DNA of 22,348 nt. Source: Priapulus caudatus (lineage: Eukaryota). Each line of letters opens with the position of its first letter. The first letter of the stretch is position 1. The DNA lies in the NCBI RefSeq assembly GCF_000485595.1, contig NW_014577068.1, positions 966,216 through 988,563 on the forward strand, given 5' to 3'. Shown one piece after another: positions 1-11,495 of the stretch. The notes under the pieces are model-generated. The model saw only the letters and a program-made list of their open reading frames with translations, was not told the origin of the DNA and ran no database searches. The position numbers and the translations under genes were made by a program.

Positions 1-89
1 ACTTTTAAAGTTTTTAAATTCATTTATTGATTATCTTTCTTGCTCATTAAATTGAAATTTGAACGTTACCGAAACAACTTATATTTCAG

Positions 90-946
90 GTTCGTTCAGT
101 GTGACTGCCGTCGCTGTAAATTCTTCAGTCTTGGAAGAATGCTGCAGTAACAATGAGGAACGTCAGATGTTGATAGACCTGATTATTTCCTTCATTGAAC
201 ATCATTCTGCTGTCAGTCTCTCACACACATACTCCTTGCTGCCAGATACCAACTTTCAGCCTGGCCTCAAAACGCTCAGCCTGGAAAAGTTCTTTGTAGT
301 GCAGCCCCGTATTGGTGACGGATCACTGTTGACACCAAATCCCTCATCCCTCGTCAATGTCCTATCAGAGAAGAGAAATTCTGCAAAGCCTACCACCATA
401 GCTAATTCAACATTAAGTGGCAGTGCTGATAATCACAAAAAAGAGTCAACTGCAAGTAACAGTTCTAAACCAGAACCGTCTCTAGTGGACTATTATAAAA
501 CGCAATTAAAAGAAGTTAAAGATCATGGGTCTGATATGATGCCAAATGATAAACACTCGCCAGCACCCAGTAGTGAAATTTCGGGGCAAGATCGTGATGT
601 AGTTATTTGCTCAACACCCACTTTATTGGATATGAACGAAGTCTCGACTAAACACAGCACGGATTTGAGTGCAAAAAAGAGTCATGTAACAACACCAAAG
701 CATGTGGTTGAAATACTGCCACAAGAGGGAGCATGTGCGAAGAGAGTTCAGGTCACCATCACACTGCAAGGCATATTGACAGCAGCTAGTTGTCAGCTTG
801 ATGTTACGCAGGAGGATCTGACAGTTGTAGCTGGGCAGTACAGTCTCAATTTGAAAATGCCCTTCATGGTGGATGTTGACTCTGTTTCTGCAAAATTTGA
901 TAAGTCAACGAGTATACTCGTGGTCACATTAGACATCAAGCCATAG
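90..946 (+). CDS. PIH1D2: Terminal coding exon of a PIH1 domain-containing protein 2-like gene (end of PIH1 domain, S/T-rich linker, C-terminal CS domain); upstream exons lie outside the window
   Basis: T-rich intron-like sequence at 1-89 ends in TTTCAG (acceptor AG 88-89). The frame stays open to TAG at 944-946. FSVTAVAVNSSVLEE...LIDLIISFIE...LSHTY and VTITLQGI...CQLDVTQEDL...YSLNLKMPFMVD...SAKFDKSTSILVVTL resemble the PIH1 and CS regions of PIH1D2 as I recall them. The ORF-track start (TTG at 59) is intronic. Confidence 0.8.
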
Positions 947-1595
947 AAATAACCAGTATGGAATTTTTGTATGTCACCTTTACCAATAGTAAACCACTCC
1001 ACCACAGAGTCACCACAGTAGACGTGAGATGAGCGCTGTCGCTCTGCGGCACTTGTTAGTTCTTCGAATATGTATGGAATATTTCATGTCTTCTTCCAGA
1101 TGTTATACCTATTGTCCAAATATGTTATGAATGTGTTCTCTAACAGGCCAACGTGTGTCGATGTGTCTGGGCCTGTCACATCTAAATATAGTCGAGTAGA
1201 GAAATGATTAAGGATGATGCATGCTCAATTCATCTAGAATAATGTCATGCACTTATTAGATTATTGCAGAGTGATATTTCTTATCTCTCTTATAAGCAGC
1301 GTTTTGTGATGTACAGTTGAATCATAAGTCATACATGCAGTATTGGTTGCTTTTGGTGTCCTGATTATATCAACGAAAATATAATAGGTTGAATGCTAAC
1401 GTACCCCACATAGGGAAACCAAGCACTAACGTTGGTGCCCCCGCTGTCCATCATTGCATATGAATGCTCTTTATATTCATAATATTTGTAACGTTTTGCT
1501 TATATAAGGTTATACTCGTAATAATATATGTAAGATTTGCTTGCGTAATATTCCACAGGCTGCAAATTAAAGCCATACAGGAATTCAGGCAAGCA

Positions 1596-1665
1596 GTTTT
1601 ATCTATATAGAGTTATCTATAGTTTTATCTATATAGAGTTATCTATAGCTTTATCTATAGAGTTT
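1596..1665. repeat. Short tandem repeat, ~26-bp unit (ttttatctatatagagttatctatag), about 2.5 copies
   Basis: Repeated unit directly visible. Confidence 0.75.
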
Positions 1666-1856
1666 GATATGAATTTCTGTCGCCGACAGACATTTGCTGT
1701 AGTTCCTCGAGAATACTAATATAGTGTCATGTCGCGATCAAGTTCGTACTGTGACTCGCTCTACTCTGTATGAATCCAAGGGTGGAACTCATCATCTATA
1801 GAATCTGTAAACCTGAGTCTACAGTAATTGAATTCCCCACGTTCACTGCCGGGCTC

Positions 1857-1917
1857 TAGTAGCCGTATAGTAGCCGTATATATAGTAGCCGTATAGCTAG
1901 TAGCTATAGTGCCGTAT
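1857..1917. repeat. Short tandem repeat of tagtagccgtata-like units
   Basis: tagccgtata occurs three times, plus degenerate copies. Confidence 0.7.
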
Positions 1918-2169
1918 TGTCTATTAATGGTCATTGCGTTGAAATATAGCGAAAAAATATATATCGGGTAATAGCTATTTATTCCATAACGTTGTTTAGA
2001 AGTTGCCACGGTACCGGACCAATGTTGATACTATTACGTGATAAAATAGCGAACTGCTCACGGCCAGGAACACAAATGTTATAACTATAGTCACTGCTTG
2101 ACATCATGCGCCTTGACTTTACTATAATCTGTTGTACCAGCAACAACTATTATATCCTGTATATCTACG

Positions 2170-2558
2170 ATCGACACTTATATAAGGAGGTGTCAACCAC
2201 GCCTGACTCGGAATTTTACAACGTAGGCCCTACATTACTTGCCCTTGCGTTTCTTCTTGATTTACCCATGTATTTACCACATGTAATACTAATGTTATTA
2301 CCACATGTGTTACTGCCTGATAGACATGTCGCTGCCAGATTGACTAAGTGTTAGTGCCTGAAAGATCTTTTCTACTGATTTACGGATCCTACTGTGTGAC
2401 GGACTTGTATTGCTGTTTGATGGACACTGGTGTTGGTTGGTGTTAACTTACGTGCGGCGTTACATTTATCGTGATTACCTAGTAGTGGCGCAAAACATTT
2501 TTACGTGATTACGAAGTACTTTGTAATGAAATATAAATATATAATAATAAATAAATAA
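2170..2558 (+). mobile_element. Possible 3' UTR and tail of a non-LTR retroelement
   Basis: T-rich stretch ending in an aataataaataaataa tail, as CR1/L2-type 3' ends do. No coding homology seen, and the 5' boundary is a guess. Confidence 0.25.
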
Positions 2559-2712
2559 TTGGATCAATCAAACCATTCATGGGAACCACTGCTTTACGTA
2601 GACTATACGGAGTGGCGGGTAATTCTGTTTCTAGTAAACTGCTTCGAGTATCATGTGTACCGTGTACGATGCTGGAGGGTTCGATGCATCAAGCGATGAA
2701 CTGACGATAATG

Positions 2713-3159
2713 CCCGGGGGGGGGGGTGCACTCGCCTCGGAACTGGGTAGGGGGGTGCCTCCGCGACATTGAAAACCTGACCTTGTCGCAAACCGCTTTG
2801 CGCCCTAAAATACACCCTGTCCCAATATGCTGCACTAAAAAGTATACCCTGTTGCAATATTGCACATTTCGGTTATGTCCTGTCCTGTAAATATATATAG
2901 GCAGATTGATAGATAGATAGATAGATATTGGCCCAATATTGGACCAATATCTGCCTATAATTGTCCAATATTGGCCTGGTGATATTGGCATAATATCAGC
3001 TTGATGGGTGTGTATCTAGATAACCCTGTGACAATAATGATGCTCGGAAAATATACCCTGTGCCAATAATGATGTTCGGAAAATATACCCTGTCCAGCGG
3101 CACGTCCCCATGGTCAGTACCTTTCAGTGCTTTCACAATGGGAGTGCCCTCCGCCCGGG
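2713..3159. mobile_element. Non-autonomous DNA transposon (MITE) with 8-bp TSD
   Basis: Termini cccggggggggggggtgcactc and gagtgccctccgcccggg are imperfect inverted repeats. Perfect TSD cgataatg at 2705-2712 and 3160-3167. Internal repeated (a)ta(t)accctgt motifs and a (GATA)n run near 2908-2927. Confidence 0.85.
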
Positions 3160-3313
3160 CGATAATGATGACCAGGTTTGTCGTCCTGATGTTCTGCTTC
3201 CACGCTAGAGAGTAAGGTTACGTCCTTGTCGCTGTACTTGTCGCTGCGCACCTACTGTCCGCCGTTTCATCTACACCGTCGCCAGTATACGCTGGTAACA
3301 TACGGTCACTATT

Positions 3314-3389
3314 TAGCAGGGATTAATAATGATGTTATTATTAATGTAATTAAATTAATTAGTATTAATGTCATTATTAACCCCTGCTA
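3314..3389. mobile_element. 76-bp hairpin / mini-MITE flanked by TA
   Basis: tagcagggattaataatga and tcattattaacccctgcta form a near-perfect inverted repeat around an AT-rich core. Confidence 0.6.
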
Positions 3390-3861
3390 TTGGTAAGGTA
3401 GTAATTCCGTATGCCGCTATTACATACACGTGGTCATTATTCAAGATGGTCTAGATTTTGGAGCAAAATAAAAAAATAAGCCTAGCTAATAATCGTAAAT
3501 AACCCTACCGTGATTTTTTTGGTCCGTGAAAGCCTTGTCTCATACCGACCCCTACCACACTATGGACGTCGATCAAGAGCGGCGCCCGTCGCTCATTTAC
3601 ACAGTTGAGTCATGAAAATCCCCCCCTCAGGAATTTGCTCAGCGTACGGTTGCTGACACTCGCCGCTCGTGTTCGTCGTGTGGCTTCGCCCGCGGACTGC
3701 AGCGACTTGATGGGATGTACTACTATATGTATTCACGCGGCTACTATGTTTATTAGTTATAACTACAGGCTAGTTACTACGCGGATATTCGCTTGTTGAC
3801 ATGTTGGTATTATAGTCATGCGGCTGCACTGTGTTGTTACAGAACGCCATGCGTTGGTTAC

Positions 3862-4300
3862 CCCCCCCCGTACCCCCCACACACACACATTCATGGGTAC
3901 GGATGCACCGCACCCGCGTTCCCAATTTCTCCGGAAAAGTGGTACTTTTTGTCCAGCTATCTCCGTCCCGAGAATCCTTTAAAAAGGGGTACATTTAGCA
4001 GGTTTATCCGGAGAAATACAGAAAAGGGGGTATTTTTTTCAACTGGCTCGGAGATATTGGGCTGTTTAAGAGTGGTGTTTAAAACCAGCCGGTAATTAAT
4101 AATCCCCAGCCGGTAATTGATAATCCCCGACTTTTATTTCTACCGAATAAAAGGAGGTATATTTCTACCGAGTTTTGAGATATGGGGTAGAAAACGAGGC
4201 GAAAAGGGGGTAAAAAATTATGGTCCTTGAGATATGGGTGTTTTTTGAATCGGGGAACAAGCGTAGGTGTCCACCTAATATGCTGAGTGAGGGGCCGGGA
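3862..4300. mobile_element. Non-autonomous DNA transposon with C-run/G-run termini and 8-bp TSD
   Basis: TSD ttggttac at 3854-3861 and 4301-4308. The element starts with a C-run and ends gagtgaggggccggga. It has repeated aaaaggggg(t)a motifs and an internal cagccggtaatt duplication, and its architecture resembles 2713-3159. Confidence 0.7.
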
Positions 4301-4600
4301 TTGGTTACCACGCGGATGCATCGCGCAGTGTAGTTGTAGCGGTAGAATAAGGATACATACACTCCGGGTTAGGGTTAGGTGCCACTGTGAAGGGCATTAG
4401 GCCTACAACATAACTGCTCATCAAATCCGATCAAACACACATCTATTTAATAAAAGAGATGTCTCTCTATGCTGCAGCTATTATTGGGTTGAGTAACTAC
4501 AGGCTCTTGGTGCCAAGTAGCTACTACGCGACTACCCACTTTCCTGCAGGTTGCGTTTGGTTGAAAGCATCGCGTATGATGTGTGATACGGAATGTTAGA

Positions 4601-7400
4601 GCAGGAACCCAGGGGGTCGGCCTAGCTGGAAAGGAAACAAATTTTCATGTATATAGTAATGATTCATGGACATACCCATGTAAGGAAATGGACGTCTGCT
4701 GAGCACCCTGTGGTGGCTGTGGTCAGTGGGGTCATTCGAAAGGCACCCCAAAATTAAGCTAGATTAGCTGGAAAGGAAACCTTCTGGGACCCATTGGAAA
4801 ATGTTCGGCATAGTCCCAGGTATCGTGAATGGCCGCTGCCAGAATTTTTCACTGGTTGGGTGCGACCACCAAACGCCCTCAAATATGCCCCTACCCGGGT
4901 TCCCATTATTTAGCTAGACTAGCTGGAGAGGAAACCACTGATCCATCGGCCAACTTTGCTTGTCTACTTTCTTTTCATGTTGTTGATTTGATATATCTCC
5001 AATGTACAAAACACTCGATTTGAAGAAACAACATTTTTCCCTTATATATAGCACTTCTTTTCAACCATTTCATGTCTCATATATAGTGTCTTCAAAATCA
5101 TGCGGACAAGAAAAATCACCTGAACAGTTTTTCTCATGAAGCCATACGGCAAATAAATTACAATTAAAATCAGGTATTTTACCTCTATAAAAGGAAACAT
5201 CATTTGGCATAAATTTACACTTTCGAATCACACCAATGGATTATGCCTCCCAATTTAGCATCCAGTAATTAATCATAACTTTCTATTCTTCATTCACATT
5301 CAGTACTCAAATTTAGTTAATAGGATAAAAATCCATTTTGATATTTAACTATCAAATTTAGTTCAAATTGTCAACCATATTCAAACCACCATGTTTTATG
5401 TCATTTATCATATTTGATTTCTTAACTACAACACTTGCAGACCACCAAAGAAAGTGAAAAAATATTAATACAAGTTGTTTAATTAAAGTGCTCAGGCATG
5501 TAAATATTTCAGCTGTAGGCCTATATAGACAAAACGTTGGATAGTAATAGTCTATAAAATTTGTTGTTTCTTACAAGAACTTCCCTTCTTCCATATCCAA
5601 ATCAGAGTCTTCATCTCTCCATGCTTCACCATCTGAATCGCTCAGTACTTCCAACACAGAATAATTTTATGTTCTGTCACCTTCAACTTTCATGTCCTCT
5701 GGTTTGTAATTGACATTTCAAAAACAATAAAAGTTTTCTGTTTTGGCACACAGCTTGTATCCTGTTGGTATTGCTAACACGCGCGTGACGTCACAAGACA
5801 TAGTTATTCGCGGATTCTTCATACCTGCAGGCGTATAAGTTATATAAGTATAATATAAGTTATATAACACATAGAAGTTAGCAGTTAACGGCGACCGACG
5901 TCGGAGCGCATTTTCCCTGTGCATTAGCATAGCTGGAAATCGTGGCGCGATACTGCGAGCAAAGTGAAGCATGTAGATCAGATTTTACCATGCACACGTG
6001 CCGTCGGCCAGCCCGAGACTAGTTTAAACGCATGCGAACGGCCGAAAAAATGCTTTTGGCAGTCAACGGTGACCGACGCACGATCGCTCGCCACCTTCAT
6101 GTACATTAATATCAGCATATAACTAATGGGTCTGTGTTAAAGTTAAAAAAAATCAAATATGATAAATGACATTAAACATGGTGGTTTGACATATTATGGT
6201 TGACATTTGGACTAAATTTGATAGTTAAATATCAAAATAAATTTTTTATCTAATTGTGTACTGAATGTAAATGAAGAATAGAAAGTTATGTTTAATTACT
6301 GTATTGCTAAATTGGGAGGCATTGATGTGATTTGGAATTGGAAAATTTAGGCCAAATGATGTTTCCTTTTATAGAGGTAAAATACCTGATTTTTATTGTG
6401 ATTTATATATTTGCCGTATGGCTTCATGAGAGAAACTGTTCAGGTGCTTTTTCTTGTCCGCATGATTCTGAAGACACTATATATATCAGGAGTGTATAAT
6501 AGGGAATCCCTATTATACACTCCTGATATATATATATATATATATATATCAGGAGTGTATAATAGGGATATTATACATATTATAGGGATCCCTATTATAC
6601 ACTCCTGATATATATATAATATATGAGAAATGAAGTGGTTGAAAGAAGTGCTATATATAAGGGAAAATGTTGTTTCATCAATCGAATGTTTTGTAAATTG
6701 GAGATTTGTTGGAAAGTTCCAGCTATCTGCAAATCAACAACATGAACAAAGGTGAATAACTCAAAGCTGGTCGATGATCAGTGGTTTCCTCTCCAGCTAA
6801 TCTAGCTAATTATTGGGGGCCGGGTGGGCATATTTGGGGGGCGTCTGGTTGGCACACTCGCACCAGTGAAGAAATCCTGGCAGCGGCCATTCATGATACC
6901 TGGGACTTATTCCGAACATTCCAATGAGTTCCAGAAGGTTTCCTTTCCTGCTAATCTAGCTCATATTAGGGGTGGTGCATTTCGGGGCGCTGGCAGATAC
7001 ACCCACCATTGAAATATTCAGGCAGTGGCTATTTACGATACTGGACGCATGCGAACATTTTCCAACGGTTCCATTTAGGGGATGCTTCCAGCTAGTCTAG
7101 CTCAATTTCGGGGTACCGGTTATGCTAAAGTCTTGGCGAATACGCACCACCACTGAAGGATTCTGGAGTGTCATTCATGATTATGGGACAGGCGAACAAT
7201 TTCCAAAAGATTCTATTGGTTGTGCCTCTCCAGGGTGCCAATTTTGGGTGCTTTAAATTTTAAAGGGGGAACTCGCTGATGCACAGCCCAACACAGGGTG
7301 CCTGGCAGACGTCCATTTTTTACATGAGTATGTCATGGAATGATTGCTATATACACAAATTGGTTTCCTTTCCAGCTAGGCTGACGCCGCTGGCTCCGGC
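4601..7400. mobile_element. Foldback-type DNA transposon with very long inverted arms (left ~4601-5420, right ~6148-7400)
   Basis: gcaggaacccagggggtcggcctagctggaaaggaaac... is the reverse complement of the ...gtttcctttccagctaggctgac... end at about 7363-7400. Similarity continues inward to tcatttatcatatttgattt (5401-5420) versus aaatcaaatatgataaatga (~6150). No clean TSD. Confidence 0.85.
6487..6607. mobile_element. Two tiny palindromic elements (6487-6525 and 6550-6607) inside a (TA)n tract
   Basis: caggagtgtataataggga-a-tccctattatacactcctg is a perfect hairpin. The second unit has the same termini and a longer spacer. Both are absent from copy 2 (15913-15934) and from the left arm (~5079-5086). 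Confidence 0.75.
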
Positions 7401-8074
7401 ATTGTAGGATTGTTTGCAGGTTTATGTTCTAGTTGATGAATAGTACAGAAAGCGCGGTTACAACGCTGGATTGCTTTCCAACTAACTATATCGGGGCCGA
7501 AAAACATCTCCACCGGAAAATAAAAGCATGAAACACCGCGAATAATTGGGCATAAGATAACATTTGAATGGCTCTCATTAATAAATAGCAAATATGTCAA
7601 ATTTCAGCTCACTGACGCGCATTGTAATTACTTGTTGGCAATCCTCATTACCTCCGAAAGAAATATGCGTTTTGACTAAATTATACGTTTTAAAAAGTGC
7701 TGTAGGCGCTACTTTGCGTAGTTTGGCACAAAAATTACTATGGAAATGGGTCCGAATTTAAAGGGTCTCGGCGTTTTCCTAAATGATGTAGATGTGACAT
7801 GGCGCCTGTCATGTTCGACTCGTGCCAATATCTGCACAATGGCAATCAAGTGCGCTAAATGATACATTTACATGAATTACATTACAAGCAGCATTCAATT
7901 ACGTAAAGAGAGTCACACACTTACGTTGAAGTGAAAGAGTGTATTGGAAATGGCTCTCCAAATAAATGATAAGTGTACGTTTCTCAATTGTCAGCAAATT
8001 GTAGGGGTTTACATATGTGTGTTTTTTTGCGTCATGCCTCAGTATATTGCTTCAAGAAGCATGCACATGCAGCG

Positions 8075-8233
8075 CACGTATGCACTACACAAGACGCCCA
8101 ACACGCAACACAAGCACACACAACGGCACAGAGACACTCGGCAGCAGAAACACAAACAGGGCACACACATACAACACACACACAACACACAAGAGCTGCA
8201 ACATCATACACATCAACACACACACACACACAC
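8075..8233. repeat. Degenerate (CA)n/(GCAC)n-rich low-complexity tract
   Basis: CA-rich run; counterpart of the cleaner tract at 17521-17644. Confidence 0.75.
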
Positions 8234-8747
8234 CGTGCTTAATTTTTTTTTATAGAGGCGCCTTGCAAGATAGCTTGGGAAGGGTTTGGATTAGACGGCA
8301 ATCAATCAACCTACTTTGTTTGATCAGCAAAGCTTGATAAACAGGACAAATGCATCGTTAGCACTCTGTCAATTATGTTACACTTTCGTCTAGAACGTCG
8401 CTCTAAGCAACGTTTTTGAGTGTGTCTGTCTGTACCAACTTTGACACAAATTATGCTTCCTATAATTAAAATGCGTATCAGCCGCAGGCGCGTGCAGGTA
8501 CAGCCACGCACGCAACATTCACGGTTGCAAGGAGGCACCATACACGATAAGGGAGCAGCGTAGGCCCTACACAAAAATGCACACGCAGCATACAGCGAAC
8601 GCACGTATCATACATCAACACCGCCGGCCACACACACGTACACACACACACACACACACAGCGCGCACACACACACACAACAGTATCACACGCGCGCGGC
8701 GCACAGCACACAGCACTCGCGCCGCGTAGATAAATTGTATCGTATAG

Positions 8748-9119
8748 CAGGCGTTAGCCAGGGGGGGTTCGGGTTCGAACGAACCCCCCCAAGAAAGGTG
8801 AACATCGTAAACACCGCCTCCCACAGCCCTCCCCCGCTGCGTCGCTTGGGCTCCCTCGCCTGTCCGCTCGCGCCCGCGCAGGGGCATTTACAGGGGGGTC
8901 AGAGTCGGACCCGCCGCTTCTCGCGCAGAAAACGCATCTGAGGGGGTGTAATTTTAAAAAATTTCTGGGGGAGGGCCCCAGACGCCGCCCTTCGCGTGCT
9001 CTCACTTTGGTTTATTACGGTTAGACCCCTGGTAAGAATCCTGTACACGCCCTGCGAGCAAATTGCCCAAATTGAAGAACGACCCCGCCAATATGCAAAT
9101 GCTGGCTAGACCGGCCCTG
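8748..9119. mobile_element. hAT-like MITE present only in copy 1, with an apparent 6-bp TSD
   Basis: Termini caggcgttagccag and ctggctagaccggccctg. Flanks are gtatag (8742-8747) and gtatac (9120-9125). The empty site is gtatcgtatacagctcag at ~19857-19874. Subterminal cgaacccccc-like motifs are repeated. Confidence 0.75.
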
Positions 9120-9358
9120 GTATACAGCCTCAGTGGGTGGTAGGGCATAGGGCATGACATTAGGCTTCCAAGAACGGGTCTTGCTAGGGTTAGGAAGACG
9201 CTCTGGCTAATTCGTATAGACAATCTTTCGCACAGCACTGGTCGGGCTAACGCAACATAAGCATATATTTATCGATTGAACGAGGGGTCAGAACTAGTGT
9301 GCAACAGTAATGAATATTATGTATATCATCATATTCAAGTGTGTGAATAGTATGAGAG

Positions 9359-10227
9359 CAGGGGCGCGATTAAGGCGGGCTAAGGCACTGACCAATCTTG
9401 AGTGCCCCCTCCTGTTCCACACTGGACGCGCACAGTCGCTATTTTAGTTTGTTGGACGCTGGTCTGAGGAATATATCAATGGCAGGTTTGCAGCGATACA
9501 CGAGAATTTATGTAGATTCGAAGGAGGGTGGTGATAAACAGGCAGGGGGTATGGGAGTTCTCCCCAGAACTTTTAAATAATGTAGATTGCAGGAAGAGTG
9601 GTTTTGAGGGGCCACATTTGAGCGTACAAGCATGTTAACATTTCATTCTGACTACGAGTCAATCTCTTTTTTTTTTTATAGCGTTAGAGTTGGGAGAAAG
9701 ACGCTCTCTGTTGTGGCGTTGGTGAGACATTATGTTAAAAATATTCTTAAAGGCATTTCAACTTTGGAAGGCATCTCTAGTTTGTCTTCTGTAATTGTGT
9801 TGTAAAGTTCGAATGTGGTGAAAGATGTTTTCTTGGTTGTTTTAAATTATGAAGATAATAATGAATGGATCTGTTGAAAGCTCTTTGTAGACAAAAGTGT
9901 TTATTCAGTCATGCTGGATAAGCATCATGAGTGTCCTTGACAAGTCTTTGAATACCTTTACTTTTCTGATACATGGATATTAGCACATTGTGGGTGGCAT
10001 TACGGGGCCCCTTGTAATTGTTATTTAGGTTCGCCTGTATACAGGGTCCTGTAATAGGGACTCTAATTGTATTTTATTGTTTGGGGGCCCCTTGTGTACA
10101 CGTGGGAAGTAAAATCTTTATCGTTTTTATTTCTTTTCATCAACCTTTTTCGCACAATTTGTGGTGCCCCTTGGCGCCTGGTGCCGACTAAGACGTGTTA
10201 GTCCTGTGTAATGGTTATCGCTAACTG
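9359..10227 (-). mobile_element. hAT deletion derivative, copy 1 (frameshifted counterpart of 20076-20924)
   Basis: Collinear with 20076-20924; CAG...CTG termini; degraded atagta-like flanks. Confidence 0.8.
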
Positions 10228-10339
10228 ATAGTACGATATCTTTGACTGCAGGGACACAATCATATTGGATATACGCCATGCGGGCTAGTCCATGTCAGCA
10301 GGCATTAGAGCTGAGTCATGCGCGTTCAAATTCATTATG

Positions 10340-10745
10340 GCCTGAGTTCAAGAGGTAATAACAAGAGATTAAAATGAAAACACAAAGATAAAACAAAAAT
10401 GAAGATGATAGACAATTGAACTACGAGATTGAAAAAAAAAAGGATATATATAAAAGTAATTATCATTTGCCGCATCGTGTTTTTTGGCATTTGAAATGTA
10501 AACTTGGCATGAATTGGGCTCAAAGGTAGCGCTTAGTTTAGAAATAACTTCAGTGAGCGACCAGGTTGTAATCGATGTATATAAATATGAAGAGGACTTC
10601 GAACATTAATATATAATTGTGAGAGCTATAATAGATATAAGAATGTGAAGCAAAATAGAAGGCTGAAGAGGAACAACCACGGTTTATTGAAACAGAGTAG
10701 TTATTAGTGCGGCAATTCTAGTGAATTTCGAAAAACACTAATTAT
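10340..10745 (+). mobile_element. LINE ORF2 3' fragment, copy 1 (degraded)
   Basis: Collinear with 21030-21414. Confidence 0.6.
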
Positions 10746-11300
10746 TTAGCAGAATTAGAGGGCGGGCATCTAACTCTCTTTTTCCTCTTAGACGTCCGCA
10801 GCGAGATATCGCGCGAAGCGCCCGCACGTGGGCGCAACTGCCGCGCAGGAGGCAATCGTTTTACGTATTCGCTGCACTTTATCCAGTGAGCTATTAGCTT
10901 CAAGGGGTCCGTAGTATAAGCCGAAAGGCCGGTATAATCGCGTGAATTGAGAGTTTGGGCTGTCGCACAGCGCTTTTCGACTTTCCGTAAGGGCGAGAAT
11001 AATATTGAGGGGTCTAATTGTGTTGTTTTTTTCTTCGCGCGTATGCGTTTTTTCCGTATAAAAACGATGTTCGAATTTTATTAATTTACGCCCTGAAGGT
11101 TATCTGGTACAATGTATCGCGGCGCGCACCTAATCGGCGAGCGAGGCATCTGCCTCTGGAGGCATTTCGCAGAAATTTTAGTTATAGACTGGCGCGGGGT
11201 CGAGAATTTCACCGCTGCAGTACTATAATTTAGTGTAGGCGAAGAGAGAATTCGCCGATTAACGGTCGCGTAGCCAGTCTAACCTGGAATCGTGAACATC

Positions 11301-11495
11301 GCGTGTTCGTTATGCGGTAGCCATCTTCCTTCTCGTTTGAACTTGACGTTTGCGATGATGAAACGTACATCCATCGATGTTGCTGTCATGAAGTGTCATG
11401 GTCGCACACCTGTTGTAGTGCGCTCTTTGCTGTAAGTCTACGGTTGTTCGGCATGTGAAGTCGTCGAAAGGGCAGGATACATTTCTTTGCCATAG
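11301..11495 (+). pseudogene. PHD-finger-like exon remnant
   Basis: Across three frames it reads ACSLCGSH / VCDDETYIHRCCCHEVSWSHTCC / CKSTVVRHVKSSKGQDTFLCHR, followed directly by donor GTGAGT at 11496. This needs two frameshifts. Confidence 0.3.

Noticed and set aside
59..89. ORF-track start of the 295-aa protein at TTG 59
   Set aside because: It lies upstream of a good splice acceptor in intron-like sequence, and the protein lacks the N-terminal part of the PIH1 domain.
4592..7409. Possible TSD of the foldback element (atgttaga versus attgtagg or attgtaga)
   Set aside because: Only a partial match, so it cannot be used to assign a superfamily.
7944..8887. His/Thr- and Cys/Val-rich ORFs
   Set aside because: These are translations of (CA)n-rich low-complexity DNA.
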